Below are positions 40,429 to 50,761 of a stretch of 64,000 nucleotides of DNA, piece after piece. Both the position numbers and the translations under genes were made by a program. The stretch lies in IMG/VR virus record IMGVR_UViG_3300035515_000418; one strand, written 5' to 3'. Below the pieces are notes generated by a model, which was given only the letters and a program-made list of their open reading frames with translations, searched no databases and was not told the origin of the DNA. This stretch comes from an uncultured virus (IMG/VR IMGVR_UViG_3300035515_000418) (Duplodnaviria > Heunggongvirae > Uroviricota > Caudoviricetes). Position 1 is the first letter of the stretch, and each line of letters opens with the position of its first letter.

Positions 40429-42759
40429 ATGAACATTACAAAATTTGAGCTGGTTGATGAAATTACAGAAGGAAACAAAGTAGTAGCTTATAAATTAAGA
40501 ACATCACAAGGTGGATTGTTAAGAGTTCCATTAGAAGATGTAATGTCAGCTTATAAGAGAAAGCTTATACACATAGAGGGTTTAGTGTATTCAGAAATAA
40601 ATGGTATACCAAGCATAACAAATAAGAATAATGGTTCATTTGTAGTATTAAATAATTCTCCAAAAACAGAAAAAGGTGGACAGATGGACAAAAACGGACA
40701 GGTGAAAGAAAATAAGATAGCAACATCACCAAGTAGTGCACCAAGTAGTGACTCAGACATTCAAAGAATACATGAGTTGGTTAAGACATTGAATAAAGCT
40801 CGCGAAGTTTATGAGCAGGGTACAGATGATATAATGACCAACTTTGAATATGATAAGTTATACGATGAACTTATAACACTTGAGAAAAAGACAAATACAG
40901 TGTTATCAAATAGTCCAACTATAAATGTAGGATATGAGGTAATAAGTAAGCTACCAAAAGAGAAACACTCAAAACCAATGTTATCACTCGGAAAAACAAA
41001 GGACAGAGATGAGCTAGCAAGTTTCATTCAGGGTAAAGAGGGTGTTCTTTCATGGAAAATGGACGGACTCACAGTAGTAATGGAATACAATAATGGTAAA
41101 TTAGATAAAGCAGTTACCAGAGGAAATGGTGAGATAGGTGAGGTAGTAACAAGTAATGCTAAACAATTTAAACACCTGCCACAGACGATTTCCTTCAAAG
41201 GTCACCTATTATTAAGAGGTGAGGCAGTAATAAGTTATAATAACTTTGAGAGAATAAATAACAGCTTACCAGCTGATGAGGAAAAGTATAAAAATCCAAG
41301 AAACTTATGTAGTGGAAGTGTAAGACAGCTAGATAGTGGTGTTACAGCTCAGAGAAGTGTAGAGTGGTACTGTTTTGAGGTAGTAGAGTGTGATAGTCCA
41401 AACTTCCCAAATGAGGTAGATAAGCAGTTAGATTTCATAAGTAGCTTAGGTTTCAATTCAGTAGAGTACAAGGTAGTAAATAGTCAGAACATAAAGTCAA
41501 CCATAGAATACTTTGAACAAAAAGTTCTGTCAAAGAGTTATGAAATTCCAACAGATGGTTTAGTTCTTACATTTAGGGATAAGAAATACGGTTTATCATT
41601 AGGAAATACAGCTAAAACACCTCGTCACAGTATGGCTTTCAAGTGGCAAGACGAAACAGCAATGACAAATTTAGTAAATATTGAGTGGCAGGTAGGGCGT
41701 TCGGGTGTAATAACACCAGTGGCAGTATTTAATCCAGTGGATATAGAGGGTAGTACAGTGGAGCGTGCGAGCTTACATAACTTAAGCATAATGAATGAGC
41801 TGTTAGGAAAGCCATACATTGGGCAGAAAGTAGAAATATATAAGGCTAACATGATAATCCCAAATGTACTATGGGGAGAGTCATATGATGCAACTGGTGT
41901 ACCAGAGTCAGATATAAAGTTTATAGGAATACCTGATTCATGTCCATGTTGTAGTGAGGAAACAGTAGTAAAGATTGAGCCTAAAAGTGGTGTAAGAACT
42001 TTATGGTGTACTAATGTGGATTGTGATGCACGAGGAAATAGATTATTAGGACACTTTGTAAGTAGAGATGCAATGAATATAGATGGAATCAGTGAGGCTA
42101 CATTGAATACGCTTGTACAGGCAGACATTATAAGTGATTTTGTATCCATATATCACATTAAAGATTACAGAGATGAAATAATTGACCTTGAAGGATTTGG
42201 CGTGCAATCATTCAATAAAATGGTAAATGCAATAGATAAATCCAGAAGTGTTAAATTAGCTAACTTGATATATGCTCTTGGAATACCAAATGTAGGTTTA
42301 AGCACAGCAAAGTTAATATGTAAGAATTTCAAGAATGACCTTGCTAAGACAGTCACAGCAACTTATTCAGACCTAGTGAACATAGACGGAATAGGTGATG
42401 TAATAGCAGAGAACTTCTATAATTATTTCCATACAAAGGAAAATATAGACCAATTTGCAGCTTTAGTAAAAGAGCTACAGATAGTAAAAGAGGAAATCAG
42501 TACAAATACATCAATGGCAGGAACAACAATATGTGTAACAGGTGATGTTTATGTGTTTCCTAACAGACGAGCTATAAAGGATTTAGTGGAAAGCCTAGGT
42601 GGCAAATTGACAGGCAGTGTAAGTAAGAGTACAAGCTATCTTGTAACAAATGATACAGAGAGTGGTTCTAATAAGAACAAGGCGGCTAAACAATATGGCA
42701 TACCAATTCTCACAGAGGAACAGTTTATAGATAAGTTTAATTTAAGAAGTTATGTATAA
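40429..42759 (+). CDS. ligA: NAD-dependent DNA ligase with N-terminal extension
   Basis: PMLSL, KMDG adenylation motif, TRGNG, RGE, NPRN, AFKW, VGRSG.ITPVA, Zn finger, HhH, BRCT. Confidence 0.95.
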   Translation: MNITKFELVDEITEGNKVVAYKLRTSQGGLLRVPLEDVMSAYKRKLIHIEGLVYSEINGIPSITNKNNGSFVVLNNSPKTEKGGQMDKNGQVKENKIATSPSSAPSSDSDIQRIHELVKTLNKAREVYEQGTDDIMTNFEYDKLYDELITLEKKTNTVLSNSPTINVGYEVISKLPKEKHSKPMLSLGKTKDRDELASFIQGKEGVLSWKMDGLTVVMEYNNGKLDKAVTRGNGEIGEVVTSNAKQFKHLPQTISFKGHLLLRGEAVISYNNFERINNSLPADEEKYKNPRNLCSGSVRQLDSGVTAQRSVEWYCFEVVECDSPNFPNEVDKQLDFISSLGFNSVEYKVVNSQNIKSTIEYFEQKVLSKSYEIPTDGLVLTFRDKKYGLSLGNTAKTPRHSMAFKWQDETAMTNLVNIEWQVGRSGVITPVAVFNPVDIEGSTVERASLHNLSIMNELLGKPYIGQKVEIYKANMIIPNVLWGESYDATGVPESDIKFIGIPDSCPCCSEETVVKIEPKSGVRTLWCTNVDCDARGNRLLGHFVSRDAMNIDGISEATLNTLVQADIISDFVSIYHIKDYRDEIIDLEGFGVQSFNKMVNAIDKSRSVKLANLIYALGIPNVGLSTAKLICKNFKNDLAKTVTATYSDLVNIDGIGDVIAENFYNYFHTKENIDQFAALVKELQIVKEEISTNTSMAGTTICVTGDVYVFPNRRAIKDLVESLGGKLTGSVSKSTSYLVTNDTESGSNKNKAAKQYGIPILTEEQFIDKFNLRSYV

Positions 42760-42765
42760 AAGACA

Positions 42766-42840
42766 TAAGAAAAGTCAAGTATGAAATAATTTCCAGTGGG
42801 GATACCCTAACTTGACTTTTCTTAAAATTTATGATATAAT
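42766..42840 (+). promoter_or_regulatory. Inverted repeat overlapping a sigma-A promoter
   Basis: taagaaaagtcaag (42766-42779) / cttgacttttctta (42811-42824); TTGACT 42812-42817 and TATAAT 42835-42840. Confidence 0.7.
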
Positions 42841-42868
42841 ATAAATAAAATTGGAAAGGAGAATTGAT

Positions 42869-45800
42869 ATGATAGATAAAAGAAAGTTCATAGAGGATAT
42901 TGTAGAGGTAGCTTCTAAATTAGCTAAGTCTAAAGAGCATAATATTTCAGATGTAACAGAGGATACAGTAAAATGTATTGTATACTTTGATGGAAATGTT
43001 AAGTACGACATATCATTTGACAGGGATGAAATTGTGATAAGCCTACTTGAAGCTAACTATTACAAACCGGGCGAGCTATTTAGACATGATATAAAAGAAC
43101 TTACAGTTGAACAGAAAGACTATGCATATGTAGTTGAGTATATAGGTAACAGATTAGCCAACTTACACTTGGATTATAGAGAAGGACTTGAGATAAGTAA
43201 GGAAGATACTTTTAGTGACCCAGTAAAGACAATACAATATTTCATATTTAAAGAGGCAGTAGATTATGCTACTTTAATGCAAGATATAAGTTACAAGATT
43301 AGCTCAGCAGAAACATGCTTTGGAAGAGAGGGCTTTATGAGTGTTTCATCAACATTAAGTATTAAGGATGATACTTGTAATTACAATGTGTATATATCAC
43401 CATCAGGAAATTTATCCGTTTGTTTAAGCAATGTTGAGCAACCAGTTACAGCCTCATTAGTTACAAGACAGTTACCTGCTGACTTGTTATCAAATAAGAG
43501 AGCTTATCAGAAAGAAGTTAGAGAGCTAGGTGTAAGATTAGAGAGCCTGTTTAGCAGTAACTTGGAATTAATGGAAAGTAAGCAGTCAGATGAGCTAGAT
43601 GAGCAGGTTGTTCTAGAGAAAGATGCATTTGAGGATATGTTTGAGACTCAGTTAAATAAGACAGTAGAGTTAGGTACTAAGCGAGTTGAAAATGTATTGA
43701 CTAGAGAAAAAGCACATGAAATACTTGAAATTGTAGCAAAATACATCAAGAGGAAAACACTAGTTAATTCTAAAATTATTGAGGTAAATTATGGAATGAC
43801 TTGTGTAGACCCCTATTTTGGTGACCTAGCTGCCATACTATTGACAAAAGAGGTAGATACAGGTATATGGTTGTATAAAACAGGTAAAATAAACATATAC
43901 ATTAAGGGACGTATGTATATAGAAGCTGAGGAATGTGGTTGCATTGGTCAGATTTCAAAAGTAAATCCAATATTAGACAGTGATGACATTACATATACAG
44001 GTGTACCAAATGTAAATGATCTGGATACAATTAAGGATATAATATGCAGAGTAGTAAGTGGTCCATCATATGAACAAACACCAAGTGCTTTAATAGATAG
44101 TATTAATCGCAGGCTCAGAAAATATAAGTTTATAGATGAAACATTTACATTGCTTGATTATAGAACAGATAAAACAATGTTAAGAATAGTACCAAATGAT
44201 ATACAGAAAGACGGTAAATACTATCTTAGGGAAGTGAATTGTGACAGAAATTTATGGAATACAAAGATAGCTCCATTCTACTTATCATCATATCTGATGC
44301 TAGAGCCAAAATTAGGTTACTTGTATAGAATAGTAATTGAACTTGGTGATAATATAGATATACCAGCAAGAAATAAAATGGAATCTGTGCATAAGCAGAA
44401 AAGAGGTAGACTGGTACTTGAGGCATTAAAAGTTGACACTAATGATGCAGATGGGAGCTACTATAAGTATAAGACAGCTAAGGTATTAGAGCTCGATACA
44501 TATTTAGGAAATGACAAGTGGGATTTCACTGAGGCAGTGGATAAAATAGGTGATCACATAGTAGAAATGAGTAAGCAACTCAGTATAAGTTCTGCAAAGA
44601 CTACTAATACAGCAGCTCTTAATATAGTAGGTCAGGCTATAAGAAAGGCTATAGCAGATACAAAATATCCAGCTGAACTTAGACTTAGTCTTGATAACGG
44701 TATGATAGGTGGTAAGGGTGTTTTATATAAATCAGATAATAAAAATGTGGCACTGCATAATATAAATCTGGATGGCAAGAATAAGTTGACAGTAACAAAT
44801 ACTAGAAGTGGTAATACAGTTGAAATAAATATGCACGTTGATATAAAAAATCCAAAGAATACAAAGAGTATTCTTACAGAGAAATTCAGAGGGTTATTCA
44901 ATGATGAGTTAAACACCAAGACAGTATCTCAGACAGTATACAGTTTAGATAGTACCAAGGTAAAATCAGACATATTGAGGTTTAACATAGCAGTAAATGC
45001 TTTGACCTATGCTACATGGCTTACTATGAGTGACTTCAATAGTATAGGTATAGATTATAAGAATGCCACTTATGTAGTTGATGGTTACAATGAAATAAAC
45101 CTGTATGCAGTTAAAAACAGAATAAGTCCTAGTCATACATTACTGGTTAAAGGAAATTGTGTGCAGTTCTTAGTCGATGATAAATGTAATGCATTGTATA
45201 AATTTGAAATTACAGATGAACATATGTCAAATCCAGTTGACACCGCAAGACAAATTGGTGCACAGTTATCACAAATAATAAGAACAGAAATAATAAGGTT
45301 AAATGGTAAAGTGCAAAAGACTACAGCTAGTGGTCAGATACAGCCTGAAAGATTTAAGCAGATTGAAAAGCTTGAAAATGTAAGCCTAGATTCTGGTGTA
45401 GATTTAAGTGAGATACCATGGAAAAATAGAAAGAAAACAATACTTAGATATGTAGAGCAGTTTTCAAAACCAAACAGCAACTTAAATGTAAATACTGACA
45501 CTGGAATGAAACCTTATTCATGTTCTGGCGCTATTGTCTATAGCAAAGATAGTTGGAAGATAAAAATGAGTGTACAGAATAATAACATAAGGTTCTTTGT
45601 TAGAAAGACAGTGCCAAATAGCAAAACTCATGAGGTAATAGAGGGAGCTGTGATAATTAAATTAAATAAGCCTGCTTGGGCATGGTTCAGTACAGATGTA
45701 TTGAATAACTTAACATCAAATGAAAAGGCAGGATTTAGTAAACTTTCAAAGGTAAGTACAGGGTATCCATTTGGTGACAAGGTTCAATATACACTATACA

Positions 45801-45877
45801 CCTTGCCAAAGCATATTGAAGTAGAGTTACAAAATGTAATTGATTTGCTCAATGATAGATATAAAATAATCAGGTAG
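42869..45877 (+). CDS. Large hypothetical protein (~1000 aa)
   Basis: Long ORF; AAGGAG RBS favours ATG 42869; no recognisable motif. Confidence 0.7.
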   Translation: MIDKRKFIEDIVEVASKLAKSKEHNISDVTEDTVKCIVYFDGNVKYDISFDRDEIVISLLEANYYKPGELFRHDIKELTVEQKDYAYVVEYIGNRLANLHLDYREGLEISKEDTFSDPVKTIQYFIFKEAVDYATLMQDISYKISSAETCFGREGFMSVSSTLSIKDDTCNYNVYISPSGNLSVCLSNVEQPVTASLVTRQLPADLLSNKRAYQKEVRELGVRLESLFSSNLELMESKQSDELDEQVVLEKDAFEDMFETQLNKTVELGTKRVENVLTREKAHEILEIVAKYIKRKTLVNSKIIEVNYGMTCVDPYFGDLAAILLTKEVDTGIWLYKTGKINIYIKGRMYIEAEECGCIGQISKVNPILDSDDITYTGVPNVNDLDTIKDIICRVVSGPSYEQTPSALIDSINRRLRKYKFIDETFTLLDYRTDKTMLRIVPNDIQKDGKYYLREVNCDRNLWNTKIAPFYLSSYLMLEPKLGYLYRIVIELGDNIDIPARNKMESVHKQKRGRLVLEALKVDTNDADGSYYKYKTAKVLELDTYLGNDKWDFTEAVDKIGDHIVEMSKQLSISSAKTTNTAALNIVGQAIRKAIADTKYPAELRLSLDNGMIGGKGVLYKSDNKNVALHNINLDGKNKLTVTNTRSGNTVEINMHVDIKNPKNTKSILTEKFRGLFNDELNTKTVSQTVYSLDSTKVKSDILRFNIAVNALTYATWLTMSDFNSIGIDYKNATYVVDGYNEINLYAVKNRISPSHTLLVKGNCVQFLVDDKCNALYKFEITDEHMSNPVDTARQIGAQLSQIIRTEIIRLNGKVQKTTASGQIQPERFKQIEKLENVSLDSGVDLSEIPWKNRKKTILRYVEQFSKPNSNLNVNTDTGMKPYSCSGAIVYSKDSWKIKMSVQNNNIRFFVRKTVPNSKTHEVIEGAVIIKLNKPAWAWFSTDVLNNLTSNEKAGFSKLSKVSTGYPFGDKVQYTLYTLPKHIEVELQNVIDLLNDRYKIIR

Positions 45878-45885
45878 AATAAAAA

Positions 45886-45938
45886 TAGCAATTGTAGTTT
45901 ATTGACGTACTAAATATGTTGATAGACTACAATTGTTA
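45886..45938 (+). other. 24-bp RNA hairpin with five G.U pairs
   Basis: tagcaattgtagtttattgacgta-ctaaa-tatgttgatagactacaattgtta. Confidence 0.6.
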
Positions 45939-46033
45939 AGCTTAAGGGTACTACAAACATAACTTGAAATTATATATGGGTATAATTTTATTTTTAAAGT
46001 AAGTGAAATATAAATGAAAGGAAAACATTAAAA

Positions 46034-46435
46034 ATGTACAAAGAGCAATTAGTATCATTGTATGAGACACTTACTAATGATAAAACTACAGATGTATTCA
46101 ATATATTTCAAGTACAAGCTGAGAAATACATATACATTGGAGAACTGACTAGAAATGAAGACAAGTTTGAACTTAGAATAGAGAAAAAGGTCTGGAGAGA
46201 AATAAACAATACTCAATTATATTATAAGACTAACAGATTAATACTTAAGGACAGCATTTTATATGAGCAGATAAACAAAGAGTTAATACCAGTAGAACTA
46301 GATAAAAGAGTATATTTAACATTTATAAATCAATCTAGCAAATATGAAATAAAGAATAGAATACCAGAGGAAGTAGTAAGACATATAAAAAGTATGCTGG
46401 ATGATATTAGGTTTAATGATATGCTATCGGAATAA
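46034..46435 (+). CDS. Hypothetical protein
   Basis: 133-aa ORF with AAGGA RBS. Confidence 0.6.
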   Translation: MYKEQLVSLYETLTNDKTTDVFNIFQVQAEKYIYIGELTRNEDKFELRIEKKVWREINNTQLYYKTNRLILKDSILYEQINKELIPVELDKRVYLTFINQSSKYEIKNRIPEEVVRHIKSMLDDIRFNDMLSE

Positions 46436-46453
46436 TAAAATGAACATGAGAAC

Positions 46454-48052
46454 ATGAGAGGGAAAGTTAAAATGAAAAAGAGTCTGACAAAGAGGCAAGT
46501 TGTAATATTGGTTATTGGTGTATTATGTATATTTAGTATGGTATATTTTGTAATTTCAGAAGGAACATTCTGTGATTCATGGTGGCTAATACCACTAGGT
46601 GAGTACATAGTACAACATAAGTCACTACCTAGTACGAATATATGGGTAATGCATGATAATTTCAAGATAATATGTCAACAGTGGGTATCATCCTTGATAA
46701 ATTATGCTTGGTATTTTATAACTGGTAAAGACATGTCTACACAGGCTTACCTTGGATTGATATATTTGGCAATACATACAATGGCTGCACATTTATATGC
46801 AAAAGAGTACACCAAAAATAAAGTAACAGCCTTTACAGTAGCAGCTATATGTAGTATATTTGCATTTCATATATCTTGTGCCAGACCTGCCTTTTTAACA
46901 AGTGCATTGTTTTATGTAGAATTAACAATTTTGACTAGATACTATATAAATAAAACAATATCATATAAGAAATTGGTAATAAGCCTTGCAATAATAAGTA
47001 TAATACAAGTAAATATTCAGGCAGCAGCTTGGATGTTTGTGATGGTATTAACACTTCCATTTATAGCACCATGCATATGGAAAAAGCACTGGTTAAAGAA
47101 TTTGGAATATGATAAGATAAGCAGAGGTTTAGTAAATATACTTGTAATAATATTAGCAGGCTTAATAAATCCATATGGGTACAAAGCAGAATTGTATTTA
47201 TATTATAGTAGAACAGTGTCAAAGTTAGTACAGATATATGAAAATAATAGGATAAGCTATTTGGCAGAAAATTATCCATTAAGATATACCTTTATAGATT
47301 TTAAGTTGTTAATAATTATGCTAGTAATACTTGTATGGGGGTGCACAAAAGGAATAATAAAAGAGCAGAATACATATTTAAGTATAGGAACATTATTAGT
47401 AGCCACATTACAGGTAAGGCAATCTTGTATGATGCCATATGGACTAGTTCAAATGATTTGCTATCTAATAGATAGCTACTTGGATAAAGATGATGAAAAC
47501 GCCAATAGGATAACAAGTCCTGTTGTAGTAGGAACTTATTCAGTAGGAATACTTGCAATAGTGATAGTTATGTTTTCAAAGACAATTATAACAGAGGCAG
47601 ACAAAATTACATGTAATGGGTTGCCAGAGGCAGTAACCTATCTCAATGATGACATAGAAAGTGAAAAACTTGACAAGGAAAAAGTAAAGGTATATGCTTC
47701 AAATAAAGCTGCTGTATATCTGCAATATTATGGATTTAAGACATATCATGACGGTAGGAACGAGGTAATAGACGCAGATATATCAGGGTATTCAGGTAGG
47801 GTAATCATAAACAATGAAGAAGAAGAAGTTTATGACTGCCTTGAGGAGGAAACTTTAATAGAGTATAATATATGTATAAATGATAAGTACGTAGAGGATT
47901 TCTTGAACTATTATGATTTTGATTACGTAGTGGTTGGTAAAAGAAACATATATGCATACATAAAAAGACATCCGGAACAGTGGGAAAGTGTGGAGCTAGA
48001 CATTGATGATACAGTGAGTTCTCCTTTTTATACATTTAAAAGAATAAGGTGA
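46454..48052 (+). CDS. Polytopic membrane protein, GT-C-fold glycosyltransferase-like (paralog 1)
   Basis: D.WW...G.YI first loop, ARP, INPYG, DGR.E; >10 TM helices. Confidence 0.6.
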   Translation: MRGKVKMKKSLTKRQVVILVIGVLCIFSMVYFVISEGTFCDSWWLIPLGEYIVQHKSLPSTNIWVMHDNFKIICQQWVSSLINYAWYFITGKDMSTQAYLGLIYLAIHTMAAHLYAKEYTKNKVTAFTVAAICSIFAFHISCARPAFLTSALFYVELTILTRYYINKTISYKKLVISLAIISIIQVNIQAAAWMFVMVLTLPFIAPCIWKKHWLKNLEYDKISRGLVNILVIILAGLINPYGYKAELYLYYSRTVSKLVQIYENNRISYLAENYPLRYTFIDFKLLIIMLVILVWGCTKGIIKEQNTYLSIGTLLVATLQVRQSCMMPYGLVQMICYLIDSYLDKDDENANRITSPVVVGTYSVGILAIVIVMFSKTIITEADKITCNGLPEAVTYLNDDIESEKLDKEKVKVYASNKAAVYLQYYGFKTYHDGRNEVIDADISGYSGRVIINNEEEEVYDCLEEETLIEYNICINDKYVEDFLNYYDFDYVVVGKRNIYAYIKRHPEQWESVELDIDDTVSSPFYTFKRIR

Positions 48053-48086
48053 AATTAAATTTTTAAAGAAAGAGAGGAAAAGAACA

Positions 48087-48284
48087 ATGGTAGTTGGGTT
48101 TAATACTAATAACAGTACATATTACATTGACACCACTAGACATGTAGCATGGGGTGGAAAGTTAGGTTCTCCAGAGCGTTGTGTGGGATACATAGCTGCT
48201 AAAATTCAGCAGGGACAAAGGGGAATAATCAAGCTGGCAAATGGAAAAGACCTAGTAACTGGTGTAGTACAACAGTACATTTAA
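48087..48284 (+). CDS. Small hypothetical protein
   Basis: GAGG RBS; fills the gap between the paralogs. Confidence 0.55.
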   Translation: MVVGFNTNNSTYYIDTTRHVAWGGKLGSPERCVGYIAAKIQQGQRGIIKLANGKDLVTGVVQQYI

Positions 48285-48319
48285 AACTAGAAAATAAGTA
48301 AAAGTAAAGGAACATTAAA

Positions 48320-49897
48320 ATGAAAGAAATAGAAAATATAGATACGGTAGAGAACTCAGATTTACCTAGTGGGGCACCTGTAAAGAAAAAAGAAATGAAA
48401 AATGCATATGACCTACATATAACATTTGCAATAGCTGTGATATTTCTTTTTATAGTAAATACTGCTAAAGGACATGGGGTTGACAGTGATTATTATTTCA
48501 TAGTCAATACAGGAAAATGGATAGTAGAAAATCATAAAATACCTTCCATAAATATATGGACAATACATGAGGACTTTAAATTAGTAATTCAGCAGTGGAT
48601 ATTATGTATATTACAATATAGGTGGTATAATTTATTTGACAGTGAAATGCTAAGTTTGACAAATCTTGGTGTAGTATTTTCATTAATATTTAATATATCA
48701 CTGTGTAGGTACATAAGACAACATACAAAATCTGTTGAAACAATGTTAGTTACAGTTGTATTAGCAAATATAGCTGCTAGTGGATATTTTTCAGCAAGAC
48801 CAAATATAATAACTGCTTCTACATTAATGATAGAGCTAACACTTTTGCATAGATACTATGTAAAAAATGAGATTAGCAAAAGACATTTTCTAATAGAAAT
48901 GATAGTATTGAGTGTGTGGCAAATAAATTTTCAAGCAGCAAGTTGGTATTTCTTATTTATCATGATATTGCCGTATATAGTGCCACCATTTTGGAAGAAA
49001 GGATGGATTAGTTCTAGTGAGGTAGATTACCATAAAAGAATAAGAACAGGATTAGTAGCAATGATGCTAATATTTCTGAGTGGGTTCATAAATCCACAAG
49101 GTATAAGAGCAATGCTATACCTGTTTAACAGTTCTAATCTAGCTTCCACAGGAAAACATATCAGTGAATTAAATGCTGCATCTGTAACAAGTGCAACTGG
49201 TCTAATGATAATATTTGAGGTAGCACTATTTGGAATAGCTTTACAAAGCAAAAAATTGAGTACAGAAACATTATGGTTGTGTCTAGGTACATTAATATTA
49301 GCAATAGACGCAGTAAGAAATTGTTATATGATAGTTTTAGGATTAGTTCCACTTGTAGCAAGTGTAATGAAGCAGACATGTTTGCAGGAAAAATGTAAAA
49401 CATCAAAGTTGAACTATGTAATAATAAAAATAACTTACATAATTGCAATAGCAGCTATATCTTGTGTGGTGTTATATCAGTTAACGATTGCACCAGTAAA
49501 TGAGGAAAAAGATAATGCGTTAGACTACTCATTGAGAGCTCAAGTAGAATACATTGAAATGAATGATGACAGACCAAAAGAGGAATTAAGGCTTTATACC
49601 ACATTTGAATCTGGTCAGTATTTCCAGTTTAATGGATTTAAGACATATATGGATGCTCGACCAGAATTATACATGACTTCAATAAATGGTCAATATGATG
49701 TATGGAATGAGTGGTGTGCATTAGTGGATGGAAAATTGGAAGATGAGGATATACAAGAATTCTTAGACAGTTATAACTTTGATTATCTGTGTTCAGGTAG
49801 ATTGGGATATTTAGGAAGTTATTTACAGTCCTCAGATGAATATGAGGAAGTAGTAAGAGGTAAGAGTTACAGTTTATATAAACATATAACAAATTAA
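48320..49897 (+). CDS. Polytopic membrane protein, GT-C-fold glycosyltransferase-like (paralog 2)
   Basis: DSDYYF...G.WI, QQW, ARP, Q.N.QAA.W, INPQG, DARPE, shared with 46454..48052. Confidence 0.6.
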   Translation: MKEIENIDTVENSDLPSGAPVKKKEMKNAYDLHITFAIAVIFLFIVNTAKGHGVDSDYYFIVNTGKWIVENHKIPSINIWTIHEDFKLVIQQWILCILQYRWYNLFDSEMLSLTNLGVVFSLIFNISLCRYIRQHTKSVETMLVTVVLANIAASGYFSARPNIITASTLMIELTLLHRYYVKNEISKRHFLIEMIVLSVWQINFQAASWYFLFIMILPYIVPPFWKKGWISSSEVDYHKRIRTGLVAMMLIFLSGFINPQGIRAMLYLFNSSNLASTGKHISELNAASVTSATGLMIIFEVALFGIALQSKKLSTETLWLCLGTLILAIDAVRNCYMIVLGLVPLVASVMKQTCLQEKCKTSKLNYVIIKITYIIAIAAISCVVLYQLTIAPVNEEKDNALDYSLRAQVEYIEMNDDRPKEELRLYTTFESGQYFQFNGFKTYMDARPELYMTSINGQYDVWNEWCALVDGKLEDEDIQEFLDSYNFDYLCSGRLGYLGSYLQSSDEYEEVVRGKSYSLYKHITN

Positions 49898-49923
49898 AAT
49901 GAGTAAGAGGCAGTGATAAAGTA

Positions 49924-50577
49924 ATGTTTATATTAGAATATGTTAAATTTGGCATACCATTTTATGACGCTGACATAAACGATGTAAACGGTATACTAGA
50001 TAGATTAATTAGCATCATAGATACTGAAGTAGAGGAACTGAAGGCTTATAACTGGGCATGTCAATGTACTTTTGGTGACAGATATGAAAATACAAAGTAC
50101 AGTTTCAGTATAAGCTGTTATAGAGAAAAGGTGGGAGATTCACCAGTTAATGTAGTAACAAGGGATGGAAAAGTGATACAGTCACAAAATATAAGTCAAT
50201 ACTGTGTTGATGTGGCAACAGCAGTAAAACAAATGAAATATTCATTTAATACAGGTGTACCTTGGAAAGGTAGTATATGGACAAATGGAAAAATAGTAAT
50301 ACTAGCTGAAACACAAATTGAATCATTAAAAGTAGCACCATGGGGTGCGAGAAAATCAATAAGGTTTATAGCAGCAACACAGAAAGAAAGAGTGGCTGAG
50401 ATGAAATTAATTCCAAGTGAAACTGGTGATATAAAAGATACAGGGTATAAATTAGTGCCAGATAGATATAAGAGCAGTGAAATTAATAGGATAAAAGTTC
50501 CAAAAGAGGGAATAGTCAAGGCAGCTAGAATATATAATCAGATGTCAAAAGCTGGATACCTTAGTAAAAATCAATAA
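49924..50577 (+). CDS. Hypothetical protein
   Basis: 217-aa ORF. Confidence 0.6.
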   Translation: MFILEYVKFGIPFYDADINDVNGILDRLISIIDTEVEELKAYNWACQCTFGDRYENTKYSFSISCYREKVGDSPVNVVTRDGKVIQSQNISQYCVDVATAVKQMKYSFNTGVPWKGSIWTNGKIVILAETQIESLKVAPWGARKSIRFIAATQKERVAEMKLIPSETGDIKDTGYKLVPDRYKSSEINRIKVPKEGIVKAARIYNQMSKAGYLSKNQ

Positions 50578-50761
50578 GGTTAAAGATTAGCTTGAATACA
50601 AGTAGTGCAGTGTAGATACGATAGATAATATTGGTAGATACACTGCATAATTAATTTAGGTCTATAAATTAAGCAGAGAATTATAATAGGTATAAAATTA
50701 ATTTAATTTTATAGGGAAGAATTGGTTTAGAGGACATGTAAAAGGAAAGGATGTACTAGAT

